Position numbers and translations under genes: made by a program. A DNA stretch of 64,000 nt from Lama glama (taxonomy: Eukaryota). Under the pieces are notes generated by a model that worked only from the letters and a program-made list of their open reading frames with translations, was not told the origin of the DNA and searched no databases. The stretch lies in NCBI GenBank assembly GCA_028534125.1, contig CM052817.1, positions 53,508,001 to 53,572,000 of the forward strand, written 5' to 3'. This document shows, piece by piece, positions 13,101 through 24,129 of this stretch (positions are counted from its first letter, which is position 1; every line of letters begins with the position of its first letter).

Positions 13101-13240
13101 GTTTCACAGAGTTTATAGGCATAAATATGAAAGAGACAAATAAAAGCCTTTTGAAAAATAATATTAAAAATATCTTCACATCCTAATGTAGAAAACAGTA
13201 TTTAAAATAAGTTACAGAATGATCTAAACAAGGAAGAAAC
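10136..13240 (+). mobile_element. Old L1 (L1M/L1ME-class), right half: ORF1 remainder, spacer and deleted ORF2
   Basis: AAGAATCAAACAGAATTTCTAGAATTG (ORF1), ACAGACTTCTGACTTCTCAAAAGCAACAATGGGAACC, endonuclease-like 11200-11700, ATATGATCATCTCAATT (RT), GAATAGAAAGAGCCTAGAAA. Much more diverged than the nested L1. Confidence 0.8.
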
Positions 13241-13399
13241 AGAAGACAAAAAGAAGACGGGTGTGCACTCTCTAAGAACTTAGTCCTTTCCTCTGAGATC
13301 CTCTGGTTCCAGGCTTTCTGGAGTCTGGTCTTTAATCCTCCACTCTATGAACTCCATAATGTGGCCAAGGCAATTAGTGCTCAGTATTTCATACCTTCT

Positions 13400-13692
13400 T
13401 CTGCTTTCCCCACTCTTTTGTAATTAAGTGGCAGTTGTTTAACCTGTTTCGGTCAATGAACCATAAGCAGAAGTAATGAATGTTCTTTCCTGATCTAGGC
13501 AGTTCACCAGTGGTATTCCTTTTCTTCCTTTTTACAGTATCCTGGCTGCCAAGTGTTCCACATAGTGTAATCTAAGATGAAAAAAGGCTGCTCAACTTGT
13601 CTCTAACTTAGCATAAGAAAAAATAAGCAACTGAGACTTTGCAGTTTAATTTTTATTTGGATCGCCAGAGTGGGTGTCTGCCCTAATTTACG
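13400..13692 (+). mobile_element. MaLR solo LTR fragment (MLT1I/J-like)
   Basis: GGTCAATGAACCATAAGCAGAAGTAATG...AAGCAACTGAGACTTTGCAGTT... resembles MLT1 LTR motifs. Confidence 0.5.
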
Positions 13693-15329
13693 GACCAAAA
13701 AAAGAAAAATAATAAATTTGTTGGGTCTAAATATGAGTTTATAATCTTGTTTTATGTGGTCCCTGACTGCTTCTTGCAAGGACAGGAGAGTTTTTTTCTT
13801 TTAAATATATTTAAGGAAATAAAAATAGTCTATTCTAAAGAACAAAACAAAATATTAATTTTCAGTGAAAATACTTGTCAGAATCTCATTACTTTGACAG
13901 ATCAGTTCTAACTAATCTTGTGGCTGTACCAACTAAACTGGAAATACAAATGTCTTCATCTCCTTATTATATACTTATAAGAAATGAAAAAAATTCATGC
14001 CTAATTCTCAGATAGTAGAAATAATAAGTTCTTTGATTTAAGCTATGATAGTATAGTTTGTTGTCAACCGCCATGAACATTTCTAAATATAAACTGGAAA
14101 TGTAAGATCAAAGTGTAAATTAAAATGTAAAAAAACTCTTTGAAAGACTTTGCTTTTCTTCCTTTGTATGTATCTCATCTTCAAGCATAACATATTTTGG
14201 GAACTGGGACTTTCATTGGAAAACAAGTTCCAATATATTTCCTAACAGCATTATTCTCAAAAGATAACACACACAAAAAAATTCTTGGGTGATGATTATT
14301 ATTAATTTTTTAAAAAAACACATGTTACTGAAGAATAATGATTTTTAAATTCACACATTATATAGAATTTTAGCAACAATGCTTAGAGTAAAGAGCAAAA
14401 AGCTCAATCTTTATTTTACAACATTATGGTCAGATAGGAGGGAAAATATGAAAATGTTGGTGGGCATAACTTTTAAGAAAATCATTTAATCCCTTATATT
14501 TAAAAATTGATAGGACTGACCTCTGAAATCTGAATCTCTGAAATCTGATGCCTGATGGGTTTGCTATGATGCTCTATCATTTAAAAAGGCACAAATAGAC
14601 TTTGGCTATTGAAATATTGCAGCCACATCAGTGGAGGTATGAAATTGATTCTGTCATATGAGACCTCCAGATTAGTATTTATCAAAGTTCTACATAGTTT
14701 GTGAAAATATACTACCTGTGGGAAAGCAGAACATCAAACTCATCTGACAGAGAGCCACCAGAATTAATTCTTTTAAAACATAAGTTTAGGTAATCACCAC
14801 ATGCCTCCTGTTCTGATCTTAGCATCACAGACACAAACTAAGCTGGTGGAATTCCGCTTCTTCCTGCATCTAACAGATCCCTCCCTGTCTGTGCCATCTG
14901 TTGCATTCTGTAGAAGCCCCACCCCATAAAAAACTTCTCTACATGTCCTAATTTAATTTTTCTGGAATTTTCTATCTTACACTTTTTATTCCCCATCCCT
15001 GGCTTCTCCTTTTGGAGATATGCTTTTCTAAGTGAAATGTTTTCTCAAGGAAATCTTATGCTGAACTTTCATCTCTCTTCTTCCTATAGACTAAGAACTC
15101 TCATTCCTATAATCCTAGTTAATATTTAAATGTTAATGTCTTTCAAAAACATAAACCCAGCCCAAGAAACTCCAATAAACATCAGATCTTAGATGCAAAT
15201 GCTTAGCTCCTCTCATAAACGTTTGCTTTATATTCAAATTTTTATCTTCTTTCATAATCTTCTGCTCCAGTGATTTTTACCTCAAGGGCATCACAATACT
15301 GTATTTACACTTAACGACGGCAATATTCA

Positions 15330-16075
15330 ACCTGGATGTTACTCTGAATTCTTCTAACTCCCTCACCAACAGCCTCATCCAATTCATCACCAAGATCTGT
15401 CAGTAACAGCCGTGAAATCTGTCAAAATTGCCTACCTCACTAGTGGGTCACTGTCCTTGTCTAGACTTCCCTGGACGACTGATAGTACCCCTGCCTTCAT
15501 TTGTGCTTCCATCCAACCCATTTCCCACAATGAATCAAAGCTGGATCTCTAAATCCCAAGTCTAACTCCCATGCCTGGTCTTCAGTAACTACTCACAGTT
15601 TCTATAATAAAATTCAAGTGTCTATCATTGCATGATACATAGGCTATATTTCTAGCCAATCTTACTCCCTGTTTCTCTTAGAATTATATCAAAGCAAACT
15701 TCCTTTAGTTATTTAAGCCTATTACCCTTATTAAAGGTCTTTGCCCATGCTGTTAATTTTATTAGGAACTTTAATCTTTGGTCCCTACTCTTTTAGCTTA
15801 ACTCAGCTTTCTTTCAGTTCTTCATTTAGCTATCTCTTACCGGCAAGCATTTCCTGACCCTCAAGTCAGAGTTAAGTAACTTTCTTGGCAGGCATTTCCT
15901 GACTCTCAAGACCTAGTTAAGTAACTGTCTTATGTGTTGTCATAGCTCCCTATAATTCCCCTCCATCACCCTCACCGTGAAATACTATAATAGGCAACGG
16001 CCTCAACTGTTTTACCCAGTCTCCAGTGCTTCATACAGATACCAGCACTTGTCATATTTAAATAGTAGATTAATG
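15330..16075 (+). mobile_element. L2 LINE 3' portion
   Basis: CATCCAATTCATCACCAAGATCTGTC, CCCATTTCCCACAATGAATCAAAG, GGTCTTTGCCCATGCTGTT, AAGCATTTCCTGACCC and a degenerate 3' tail match the L2 consensus order. Confidence 0.75.
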
Positions 16076-16674
16076 AGGTCAAAACTTTTGTCAGTCCACA
16101 ACTAAGAACCATCTGCAGAATAAAAGGAAATGTGAAACCACTTTATTTTTCTTCTAAAACACTTTTTGAAAAAATGATGCTCAGTTAAAACTTTCCTTAT
16201 CTTAAATAAAGAAGATTTGATTCAATTTTCCCCACTTTTTCATTCTAGATGTTTAATAAAGAATACACATGTTAATGTTAACAATATTCTAAGCATGCCT
16301 AGCAGCAATATTGTGAAACTCTATATGCTTCTATTAGCATTAATTGGCAACATTGCCCCTGATGGACAAGCTATTATCAATCCTAGCCCCAGTTGTCTCA
16401 TTTTGAATGCTTATCTATAACCAATTGCTAGAGCCAAAATTTTTTCTATTGTTATCTCTCTTAGAGGATGATTTATTTGATAGCTCACTGCAAACACAAT
16501 TTATTCCCAAATTATCCTATCCATTCCATTATTCCCTTCCTATTATCTTGAGACTCCAAAAGACTGCATAAAAAGATGAGGCGCCAAATTCACTGTAACT
16601 TTTAGAAACAGAGTGATGCTGTTAAATTTTCTGATGAAATTTTGGGAATGTATCTCTGTCTTTCCAGTTGACTC

Positions 16675-16743
16675 TGATTGATGCCTGATTGATGAAGGAT
16701 GGTGGTGAGAATCTGTCAACGAAGTTTCATGTAAATACACGTG
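16675..16743. promoter_or_regulatory. Candidate PBX-HOX/MEIS enhancer module
   Basis: TGATTGAT x2 (16675-16682, 16686-16693), CTGTCA (=TGACAG, 16713-16718), GTAAATA (16731-16737) and CACGTG (16738-16743) in sequence with no recognisable repeat. Confidence 0.4.
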
Positions 16744-17590
16744 TAAGTGTTTAAGATATGTCACTTGAAATTTTCTGGCAGTGTCTCAAAGTTGATCTTC
16801 TAAATTGATTTTTATCATTAGCACCATTGTATGAAATGAATCCACAATTTGCTTTAGGGCTCAAGAACAACGGTATAAACACTCAGATAATCAAAGCGCA
16901 CTGAATCAGTTGGTTTTGGTTAAAGAGAGACCAAACATTCAATGATTAAGGAAGTTAAATATACAATACAGCAAGGATTTCAATAAGTAGAGCAAACTCT
17001 TTGAAATTAGATATCTTTCAGTGCATTCCAGGAATCAGCCATTTACTTAGATTTATAACTTTATATTCTACTTTAATTATTTCTACTCTGAAAGCCCATT
17101 GTTGGTACTTTCCACATCGTCCCGTCTTTATTCAGTACAGTAAGAGCATATTCTCCCCATTTAGTCTCTGAACCCAATAATGGTTTCCAAAATGTTTTGG
17201 CCTTTCCTGAAGTCCTACTACGTGTCAGCATTGTCTTTTATTCATGTAAGTGTTCCTTAAATTTAATTTTTAACATATTGTCTTATGCAGCCATCACCAG
17301 CCATCATCAATTTAATTGGCCCAATTTCATTAGGAAATTGAAACAATAGATGCAAATTCCATAGTTCTCTCACCCCTGAAAATCAATGTGAAACTAAGAT
17401 ACTAGTATTATAAAGGAAAAATATACCAGGCTATATTTTAAAAGATCACTGAAACACTGACCTGTTTAGGTTGTCCGATTTGATCCAGAGATGTTTACTG
17501 CTCATATTCAATTTTGAACCTGCAGCCCATCAAACCAGATGATTTAAATGTAAATAAACATTGTAAGTTAGTTTGGGACCTGACATTAAT

Positions 17591-18118
17591 CAAATTTCCC
17601 AAGTCTGCTGGAATATCAGAATCATTTGGGGAACAATATATATTCCTTGTCCCAACCTCAAAACATTCTGAGTTAATAGACTGGAAAGGTGCTCAGAAAT
17701 CCATACTTTTTAAATGTTCCCATAAGAACATATACTTTTCATATGTTTGTTTTAATAATATTTACATAAATTATACTAAACTATATGGGAGTTGCTACAG
17801 TCCAATTTTTTAATACACACAATCAAAATATAAATTCATATATTGGCAGGACAAATGCTAACTTTTCAATGGTTACCTCTGGGGAGGGAGGGAAGAAAAT
17901 AGGACTGGGAGAGAGAATTCTTTAATTCCATGATAGTGTTTTTCCTTAAAAAGAAAAAGTTAAAACAATGGCAAAATGTTAACTGTCAAATTTTGATTTT
18001 GGGTATACACATTACTGTTACTTTATGTTATGTTTTATATATTTAAAATATTTTATAATTTAAAAAAAATACTGTCTCCAGGTAATTCAGATCACCATCC
18101 ATGAAGGAGAACTATTGG
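17591..18118 (+). mobile_element. MER5 (hAT-Charlie) split by an L1ME 3' fragment
   Basis: Left part ATCAGAATCATTTGGGGAAC...CAGAAATCCATACTTTTTAA (to ~17722). Right part CTCCAGGTAATTCAGAT...GAGAACTATTG (18075-18118). Confidence 0.55.
17725..18070 (+). mobile_element. L1ME-type 3' end fragment
   Basis: CAATGGTTACCTCTGGGGAGGG...ATGGCAAAATGTTAAC...TTTAAAATATTTTATAATTTAAAAAAAA, typical of L1ME3/4 3' UTR. Confidence 0.65.
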
Positions 18119-18124
18119 AATAAT

Positions 18125-18235
18125 GCCTGAGCAATGTAATTTATCATCCAATCTGGGATATGGTTGAGAATTAAAGAGAGTGCTATTAATAAGTTTACCA
18201 GAATGAGAGGCAAACTAGAATGTATGGTCACCCTA
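18125..18235 (-). mobile_element. MER94 (hAT-Blackjack MITE)
   Basis: TAATTTATCATCCAATCTGGGA...GCTATTAATAA...GGCAAACTAGAATGTATGGTCACCCTA; the ATGGTCACCCTA TIR end is intact. Confidence 0.75.
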
Positions 18236-18464
18236 AAAATAAACTACTTAAAGTCCTACTTAATGTATGAACTTCTTAACAGGAAAGATTATTTTCTATC
18301 ATTTCCCCTATCTCCTTGGTTATTGATCTAATTTGCCCAATTTACTATCCATTTTTTTCAGTGAAGCACTTTTTAGTAACATAATTTTCAAAAAAGTCAT
18401 ATAATACATAGGGGAAATATAGGAAAATTTGCAAATTAAAATACTTCTAAGATGCAATAAGATG

Positions 18465-18582
18465 GAGTTAGTCAATAGTATTTATTGAACACACTATTTC
18501 AAAGTAAAGGCATCAGGTGATATGATGTCAAAAACTGAACAAAAATATACAGTCTTTGACCTCAAGAAATTTCTATTTCAAT
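18465..18582 (-). mobile_element. L2 3' tail fragment
   Basis: GTCAATAGTATTTATTGAACACACTAT...TGAACAAAAATATACAGTCTTTGACCTCAAG. Confidence 0.55.
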
Positions 18583-18879
18583 TAACTCTACAAACAAAAT
18601 ACCAAAAACAAACCAAGAAATACAGATTCTGCAATGTGTAAGAATAGAATGACAAGTAACTACTATTGAAAGGCCAAGTGCTAATGGATAGCAAAGTTAA
18701 ACAGTAAGTAATGTGATCAGCACCAGTGCCGAGTTTCAGAGCTGTTTCTCTTTTTCACAGGTGTGTCCTTGCTGTCACCACAGGCTCTTTGGACTCTTGC
18801 TTTTTCCAGTTTGTAAATTATATCACCAGCCCATAGAGATGATCTGTTTTGTACTATTTGACCAAGATGCAAGACTCAA

Positions 18880-19435
18880 TCTGTTTCGGTTAGAAAGTTT
18901 TATATAACTATGTAGAAAAGTCCTCCCAAATGTATGTAAGGGGGAAAAAAGCAATTTATTGGCTCAAGAAGGTGAATAGTCCAGATGTAGCTTAATCTAG
19001 GGCTCAAATGATACAACCAGAGACCACTTTACTTCCCTGTGTTCTTAGTTCCTTCTTCAGTGTTGGCTTCATTCTTAAGCCATTTTTCCTCTTAGCCACG
19101 AAATTACTTCCAGCAATCCCCAAGTTATTACCCTGGGGATTCACATCCAGAGGAAAAGAAATTGTTTCCTAGGCCTTTAAAACAGAAACCCTGGAATTTC
19201 AAGCAGAAATTCTAACAGTGATCTAGCCTGACTGGAGTCAAGGATACTTCCCTGCATCAGCTGTGGCTGAGGTTGGAACTTACAGATGTCTGGATAGGTT
19301 TACCCTAAATCTTATGCTCCACTGAGTCATGCATCCAAAGTAGACAGGCTGTGAGGGCCACTAGGTGGTTCCCAAAAGCAAAGTGAACATATTGTAGCCC
19401 CAAGAAAGGAGAATGAATGCTGCATGGGCAAAAAA
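18880..19435 (-). mobile_element. MaLR solo LTR (MLT1K-like)
   Basis: AATTTATTGGCTCA, ATCTAGGGCTCAAATGAT, GTGTTGGCTTCATTCT, AAGAAAGGAGAATGAATGCTGCATGGGCAAAAA. Confidence 0.65.
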
Positions 19436-19558
19436 GAAGGAAAGAAGGAATTGAAGAACAGAGAGAGAAAAGAAAGAAGGAAAGGGGAGAGAGGAAGGGA
19501 AAAGGAAGGCAAAATGAGAAAGAAGGAAGGAGGGAAGAAAGGAAAAAAGATAGAAAAT
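19436..19558. repeat. Purine-rich low-complexity tract
   Basis: GAAGGAAAGAAGGAATTGAAGAACAGAGAGAGAAAAGAAAGAAGGAAAGGGGAGAGAGGAAGGG... Confidence 0.85.
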
Positions 19559-19570
19559 AGTCCACTAAAA

Positions 19571-20068
19571 TAGCAGTATGTAAATAAATGTTAAACAATC
19601 AGCTTTCCAAAAAAAAGAAAAGCAAAGGCAAAAAACAAAAACAAAATATGACTTTCTCTGCCATGTTTGACCATTTTTATGCTGCAAATTCTCCCACTGT
19701 GATGATTCCAAGATACCAGGTCACTCTGGAACATTGTGCTGTACACCAGGAATTGACACATTGTAACTGACTGTACTTCAATTAAAAATAAATTAAAATT
19801 TTTTTTTAAGATATCAAGTCACTGAATGCAGAGTTGGGTAGAGAATAACCTCAAAGGCAAAACCAATAGTATTCTGTAGTAAATAATTAAAAAGTGACAT
19901 GTTTTCAGCACTTGTTAAGTTTGTTTTTAATGTGATTTATTTGCTTATAAGTTGATATAAGATAATTTTTTAAATAATGGCTGTGTTTAACAACTATCTC
20001 ATAAAATCCCTGAAATTTTAAAAACTGGTTTTGTCCAGCCGGTCCAGTCTGGCTCCAGTACATCACTG
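19571..20068 (-). mobile_element. MER63 (hAT-Blackjack, MER63B-like) carrying an L1 insertion
   Basis: Reverse strand reads CAGTGATGTACTGGAGCCAGACTGGACCGGC...GTTGTTAAACACAGCCATTAT...CCCAACTCTGCATTCAGTGAC...GCTGATTGTTTAACATTTA; both ends are recognisable. Confidence 0.8.
19726..19807 (+). mobile_element. 5'-truncated lineage-specific L1 3' tail
   Basis: TGTGCTGTACACCAGGAATTGACACATTGTAACTGACTGTACTTCAATTAAAAA; TSD AAGATACCAGGTCACT (19710-19725) / AAGATATCAAGTCACT (19808-19823), 14/16. Confidence 0.85.
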
Positions 20069-20829
20069 ACAGAGCACCTTGCTCAGTTTCTTTAAAATCA
20101 CTCACACAAAACACACTATGCCTGTCCAGTGGTCTCCACCAAAGGTTTGGTGGAGCAGTGGCAGTTTTTTATTAAAACACAAAAGCTCCAAATCAACCGT
20201 TCTATATTACTATTCTTTGAAATTCTTCATCCTCTGCATTACTATGACTTTCACATTTTTTTTAATTTCACCTCAGGAGACACTCCCACTTCTCGTATTC
20301 AGATTTCTCTTCTCCCAGTTTTATTTCTATAAATGTATTCTCACAGCCCCTAAACATTGCACCCTCAACAATCCTTATCACTCACTTATGAAGAGTTATT
20401 TAACTGGATTTGATGCCTACACCCCAAAACAACTGCCGGCCTATCATTGTATTTGAAAAGCAAATATGAAAGAGTTTATAAAACTACAGTCCTGAAACAA
20501 CTGGGGTAGTTTAAAATGCTGATCCCTCATTCCTGATACAGATCTAATTAGCATCTTTGGGGAGAGGATCTAGATACCTCCTTGCTTATGAAACACTGCA
20601 GACACTGCAGGTGTTTTTAATGGACATGAAAGTGTGATACCATCAATAACAGACAGAACTAACAGGCTAGCTATTTGAAAGATAATCCTCGTTTGTGCAT
20701 GTAATTTCCTCGTCTGTATTGTATGCTGTAATGCCATTCTCCCCAAGGTCTCAATGACCACCTGAGAAGCCTACCCATGCTTGAAGACTTAGTCTAAAAG
20801 AGGTCTCTTAGCTACCCTTTTGACTCTCC

Positions 20830-21087
20830 TCTAGGCTCAGGACTTTCCTTGACCCTCATTTAACCCTCTCTATTTAAATTTAGCTGTTTCCATCACTAGG
20901 CAATTATAGCACACAGCCCATCACCTCAATATTAGTGATTGTTTTTTCATCTACTTCCTCTAATAAACTGAAATCCCCTTCAAATTCAAGGCTGCTTTCT
21001 AGGTATCTGTGAATCACCTGTATTGAGCATAATGCCTGTCAAATACTATGCATTCCATAATCCTTGTTTATTGATAAAGCAAATGAA
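20830..21087 (+). mobile_element. L2 3' end
   Basis: CTCAGGACTTTCCTTGACCC...GAGCATAATGCCTGTCAAATACTATGCATTCCATAAT...AATGAA. Confidence 0.6.
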
Positions 21088-21618
21088 GACAAAGAAAGTG
21101 AGAAATAGGAGGAAGAGGTGGGGGTGATATCAAAAAAAGTAGAAAAGTAGAAAAGGAAATGAGGAAAGAAAAGAATAAAATGGAGGTGTTTAAGTTCTCA
21201 TTTGGGCTCGGATTCCTGTTTCATTGAATAATATATTATTTTGCTCTCAGATAATTCAGATGTCTAAAAATAAGTATCCATGGACTTTTATTAGAAGAGA
21301 AATTTCTCCTAGTGCAGGTGTCCATCAGAATTTCAGGTTTTGGCATCGATCGTAACATAAATTTAATAATGCCTGCTCAACTAACCTACTTTTCACTTTT
21401 TCATATGTATTTCAGAAAATATTTCATATCAAACAAGCATAAAGATTGCAAATCAGATGCCATAAAGTTCCAGGACATGGAAATGAAGAACAGAATTCCA
21501 AGCTAGCCGAAGTTACATGTAGCTTTCATGGATCAAAGAATAGAGCTCTGTTCCTTATCTTCTATGGAGACTTTAACTCATTATTTCTTTAAAAAAAAAA
21601 AAACCCGCAAGTGAGCTA

Positions 21619-22083
21619 CAAGCATACCTCTGAGACATTGTGGGTTTGGTTCCAGACCACTGCAATAAAGTAAATATTGCAATGAAGTGAGTCACACAAG
21701 TTTTTTGCTTTCCCAGTGCATATAAAAGTTATGTTTACACTATACTGTAGTCTATTAAGTGCATAATAACATACTGAAAAAATGTACATACCTTAATTAA
21801 AAAATACCTTATTGCTAAAAAGTGAGTTGTAATCTTTTTGCAATAGTAACACTGAAGCTCACTGATCACAGATCCTCATAACAAATTTTATAACGAAAGA
21901 GTTTAAAATATTGTGAGAATTACCAAAATGTGACATAGAGACAAAAGTGAGCAAATGCTGTTTGAAAAATGGCACTAATAGACTTGCTCAACACAGAGTT
22001 GCCACAAACTGTCAACTGGAAAAAAAAAATGCAGTATCTACGAAGTGCAATAAAGCTAAGCACAATAAAACAAGGTACACCTG
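21619..22083 (-). mobile_element. Tigger1 internal-deletion derivative (Tigger1a-like MITE, TcMar)
   Basis: TIRs CAAGCATACCTC...AAGGTACACCTG flanked by TA on both sides; both Tigger1 subterminal regions present, transposase absent; 465 bp. Confidence 0.92.
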
Positions 22084-22329
22084 TATTTCTCTGATTTTAA
22101 AGAGCCTAAGACATTGCTTATCAGTTTGTGGACAGCTCCTTATATATCCCCAGGTATTTTTAGAAATCTGTAAGTTGTATACCAAAAAGGTATGCACTAC
22201 ACTTTGAGTTCTGTTAGACAGTTTTTGTGCCCATGTTTGCATTTGGATTTATAATTAAGCTGTCTCCAGTCAATCCTACTTTAAAAGTCACAGGCAAATA
22301 AAGACAAGACAGAGTCCAACTTAACATGT

Positions 22330-22800
22330 AAACACTGTACTTTGCACCAAAGCCAAGTGAAGACCAAATGATACTAGAAAGTGCTAATGAACAAATGTAT
22401 TCCACTTAATTTAAGAAGGAAAAAATGGTAGGAAATGTGAGGCCACAGAGGGCAACCAGAAGTTGAGTTGTGCCAAAAATCAAAGGAACAGCAACACAGT
22501 CATCACAATCAGTCACAATGGGAACAGCAATTTAGATTCAGCAAAACAATCTTGTCTGTCATATTAAATTAATGTCAATTTGAATTTTATTGGGTTTGCA
22601 GACATGCTTATATTTCATGTGTAAATTTTATTTTAGTTTTAAAGTTCCTTACGAGAGAAAAGCATGAAGAGTTTATCCCCCCTTTTAGGTGAGATATATG
22701 AACAACAGTATAATAAAACTCTGCACTGAGACTGGTAAGCCATGAGAATATTTTTTTCCTTTACAAAGAAATGCTGCATTAGAACAGAGTGCAGTGTTGG
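22330..22800 (+). mobile_element. hAT-Charlie fossil (MER113-like)
   Basis: AAGCATGAAGAGTTTATCCCC...TATAATAAAA...CCATGAGAATATTTTTTCCTTTA resembles the MER113 3' half. Very diverged. Confidence 0.4.
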
Positions 22801-22983
22801 CATGTCATCTTTTCACTGAGAAGGATGAATGCCAAACTTCACTGTTACATGCAGTTTTAGTATGAGTTTAATGAGGACTTGCTAAATACAAAGTACCCTC
22901 CTTTTACTCTCCCATGTTTTCTTTTTTTCCTGCTTAGCTTTAGTTATCACATTGTCTTACAACTATTTCTTCATAAGAAACAC

Positions 22984-23630
22984 TTAGTGATTAAGACAGT
23001 GGGCCCTATACATCAAAGTTGGAATCTTGACTATGCTATTCAGTAACTGTGGTAGAAACTTGTCAGATGTGCCCTAATCCATTTCCTTCTGTGAGCACAT
23101 AAGACAACTAGACAGTCCAGGTTTCTTTGTACTAAGTTGGAACCATGTGACTGGTATGGCCAATGGATACACAATGTATGTCATTTTGAGGGTTGGTCAT
23201 AATCCCCCTTGAGCCATTCCTTACTCCTCTTGACCCCTCCATGATGACCTTGACAGCTAGGTGTTCTGGATGTTACGGCTGTAGTATTATAGTTGCAACA
23301 TGGAAGAAACTTAGATCACTGGATCACCACTTTGAGGAGGCTCCCTATACCATATGAGACTAGGACATGAGCAATAGACCCGACAGACCTTTATTCCATT
23401 AAACTCTAACAATTCTGGTATTTCTTTGGTATGTAGCATGGCTTCAACTCTCCTGGTTAATAGAATTATCACACAGCCCTGGGCAAGTTAACCTCAGTGA
23501 TCAGCATTCACAGTTTCTCACCTGCAAAACTGGAGTAAAATACCTATTCTCATAAGAGTAAGGGTGAGAGTCAAATCTAATAATTTAGGTAAACCTCTAA
23601 GAAAATACCTGATGCTGGGTAAACATTATT
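22984..23630 (+). mobile_element. MIR split by an MLT1 LTR
   Basis: Head TAGTGATTAAGACAGTGGGCCCT...GAATCTTGACTATGCTATTCAGTAAC (to 23047); core resumes CCCTGGGCAAGTTAACCTC...CAGTTTCTCACCTGCAAAACTGG (after 23465). Confidence 0.7.
23048..23464 (+). mobile_element. MaLR solo LTR (MLT1I/J-like)
   Basis: TGTGGTAGAAAC...CCATGTGACTGGTATGGCCAATGG...CCTGGTTAATAGA. Confidence 0.75.
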
Positions 23631-23684
23631 ACGAGTGTCTCCTCCCTCCTCTAGTTCCTCAAACTCGGTGTCTTTGTCTCATTG

Positions 23685-23761
23685 ACCTTTATTTCCAACC
23701 CCTTTTTTATAGTGTTTGACACACAGTGGGTTCTAAATAAATGTTTGCTTCACTGATGAAT
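23685..23761 (+). mobile_element. L2 extreme 3' end
   Basis: ATAGTGTTTGACACACAGTGGGTTCTAAATAAATGTTTGCTTCACTGATGAAT. Confidence 0.55.
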
Positions 23762-24129
23762 CTAATACCCCCACAAAATTGAAAGTTGCCATCAAGATCA
23801 TCTTTGGGCTGTGTGCTATTTATATCTATGCTCTGACTTCGTAACAAGTATTAAGAATTCACTGCAGCCAACAGACAAGCATTTTTTTTTTATAATTTCT
23901 TATCCTTTCCCCTAAATCTTCTTTTTCTCCATTTTTCTCTCCTCTCAAGCATTTAAGATGCTGATCTACATTTGAGAAAAGTCATTAACAAGAGCTGATT
24001 TAATTTAAATATAATATCTTCATTTAAATTAAGTACTTTTGTGTAGACTAGTTCTACCTGTCATCTATAGGATTACTCTCAAAATATAGGATAAATACAA
24101 AATTGAAATTTCATATATCTACAAGCTAA

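Noticed and set aside
15842..15931. CRISPR-like repeat
   Set aside because: Only two adjacent units, no spacers, no cas genes, mammalian context.
19356..19371. CTCF site GGCCACTAGGTGGTTC
   Set aside because: Imperfect 3' half, lies in a decayed MLT1 LTR, and cannot be supported from the motif alone.
20480..20642. MER5B-like remnant
   Set aside because: Similarity too weak to call by eye.
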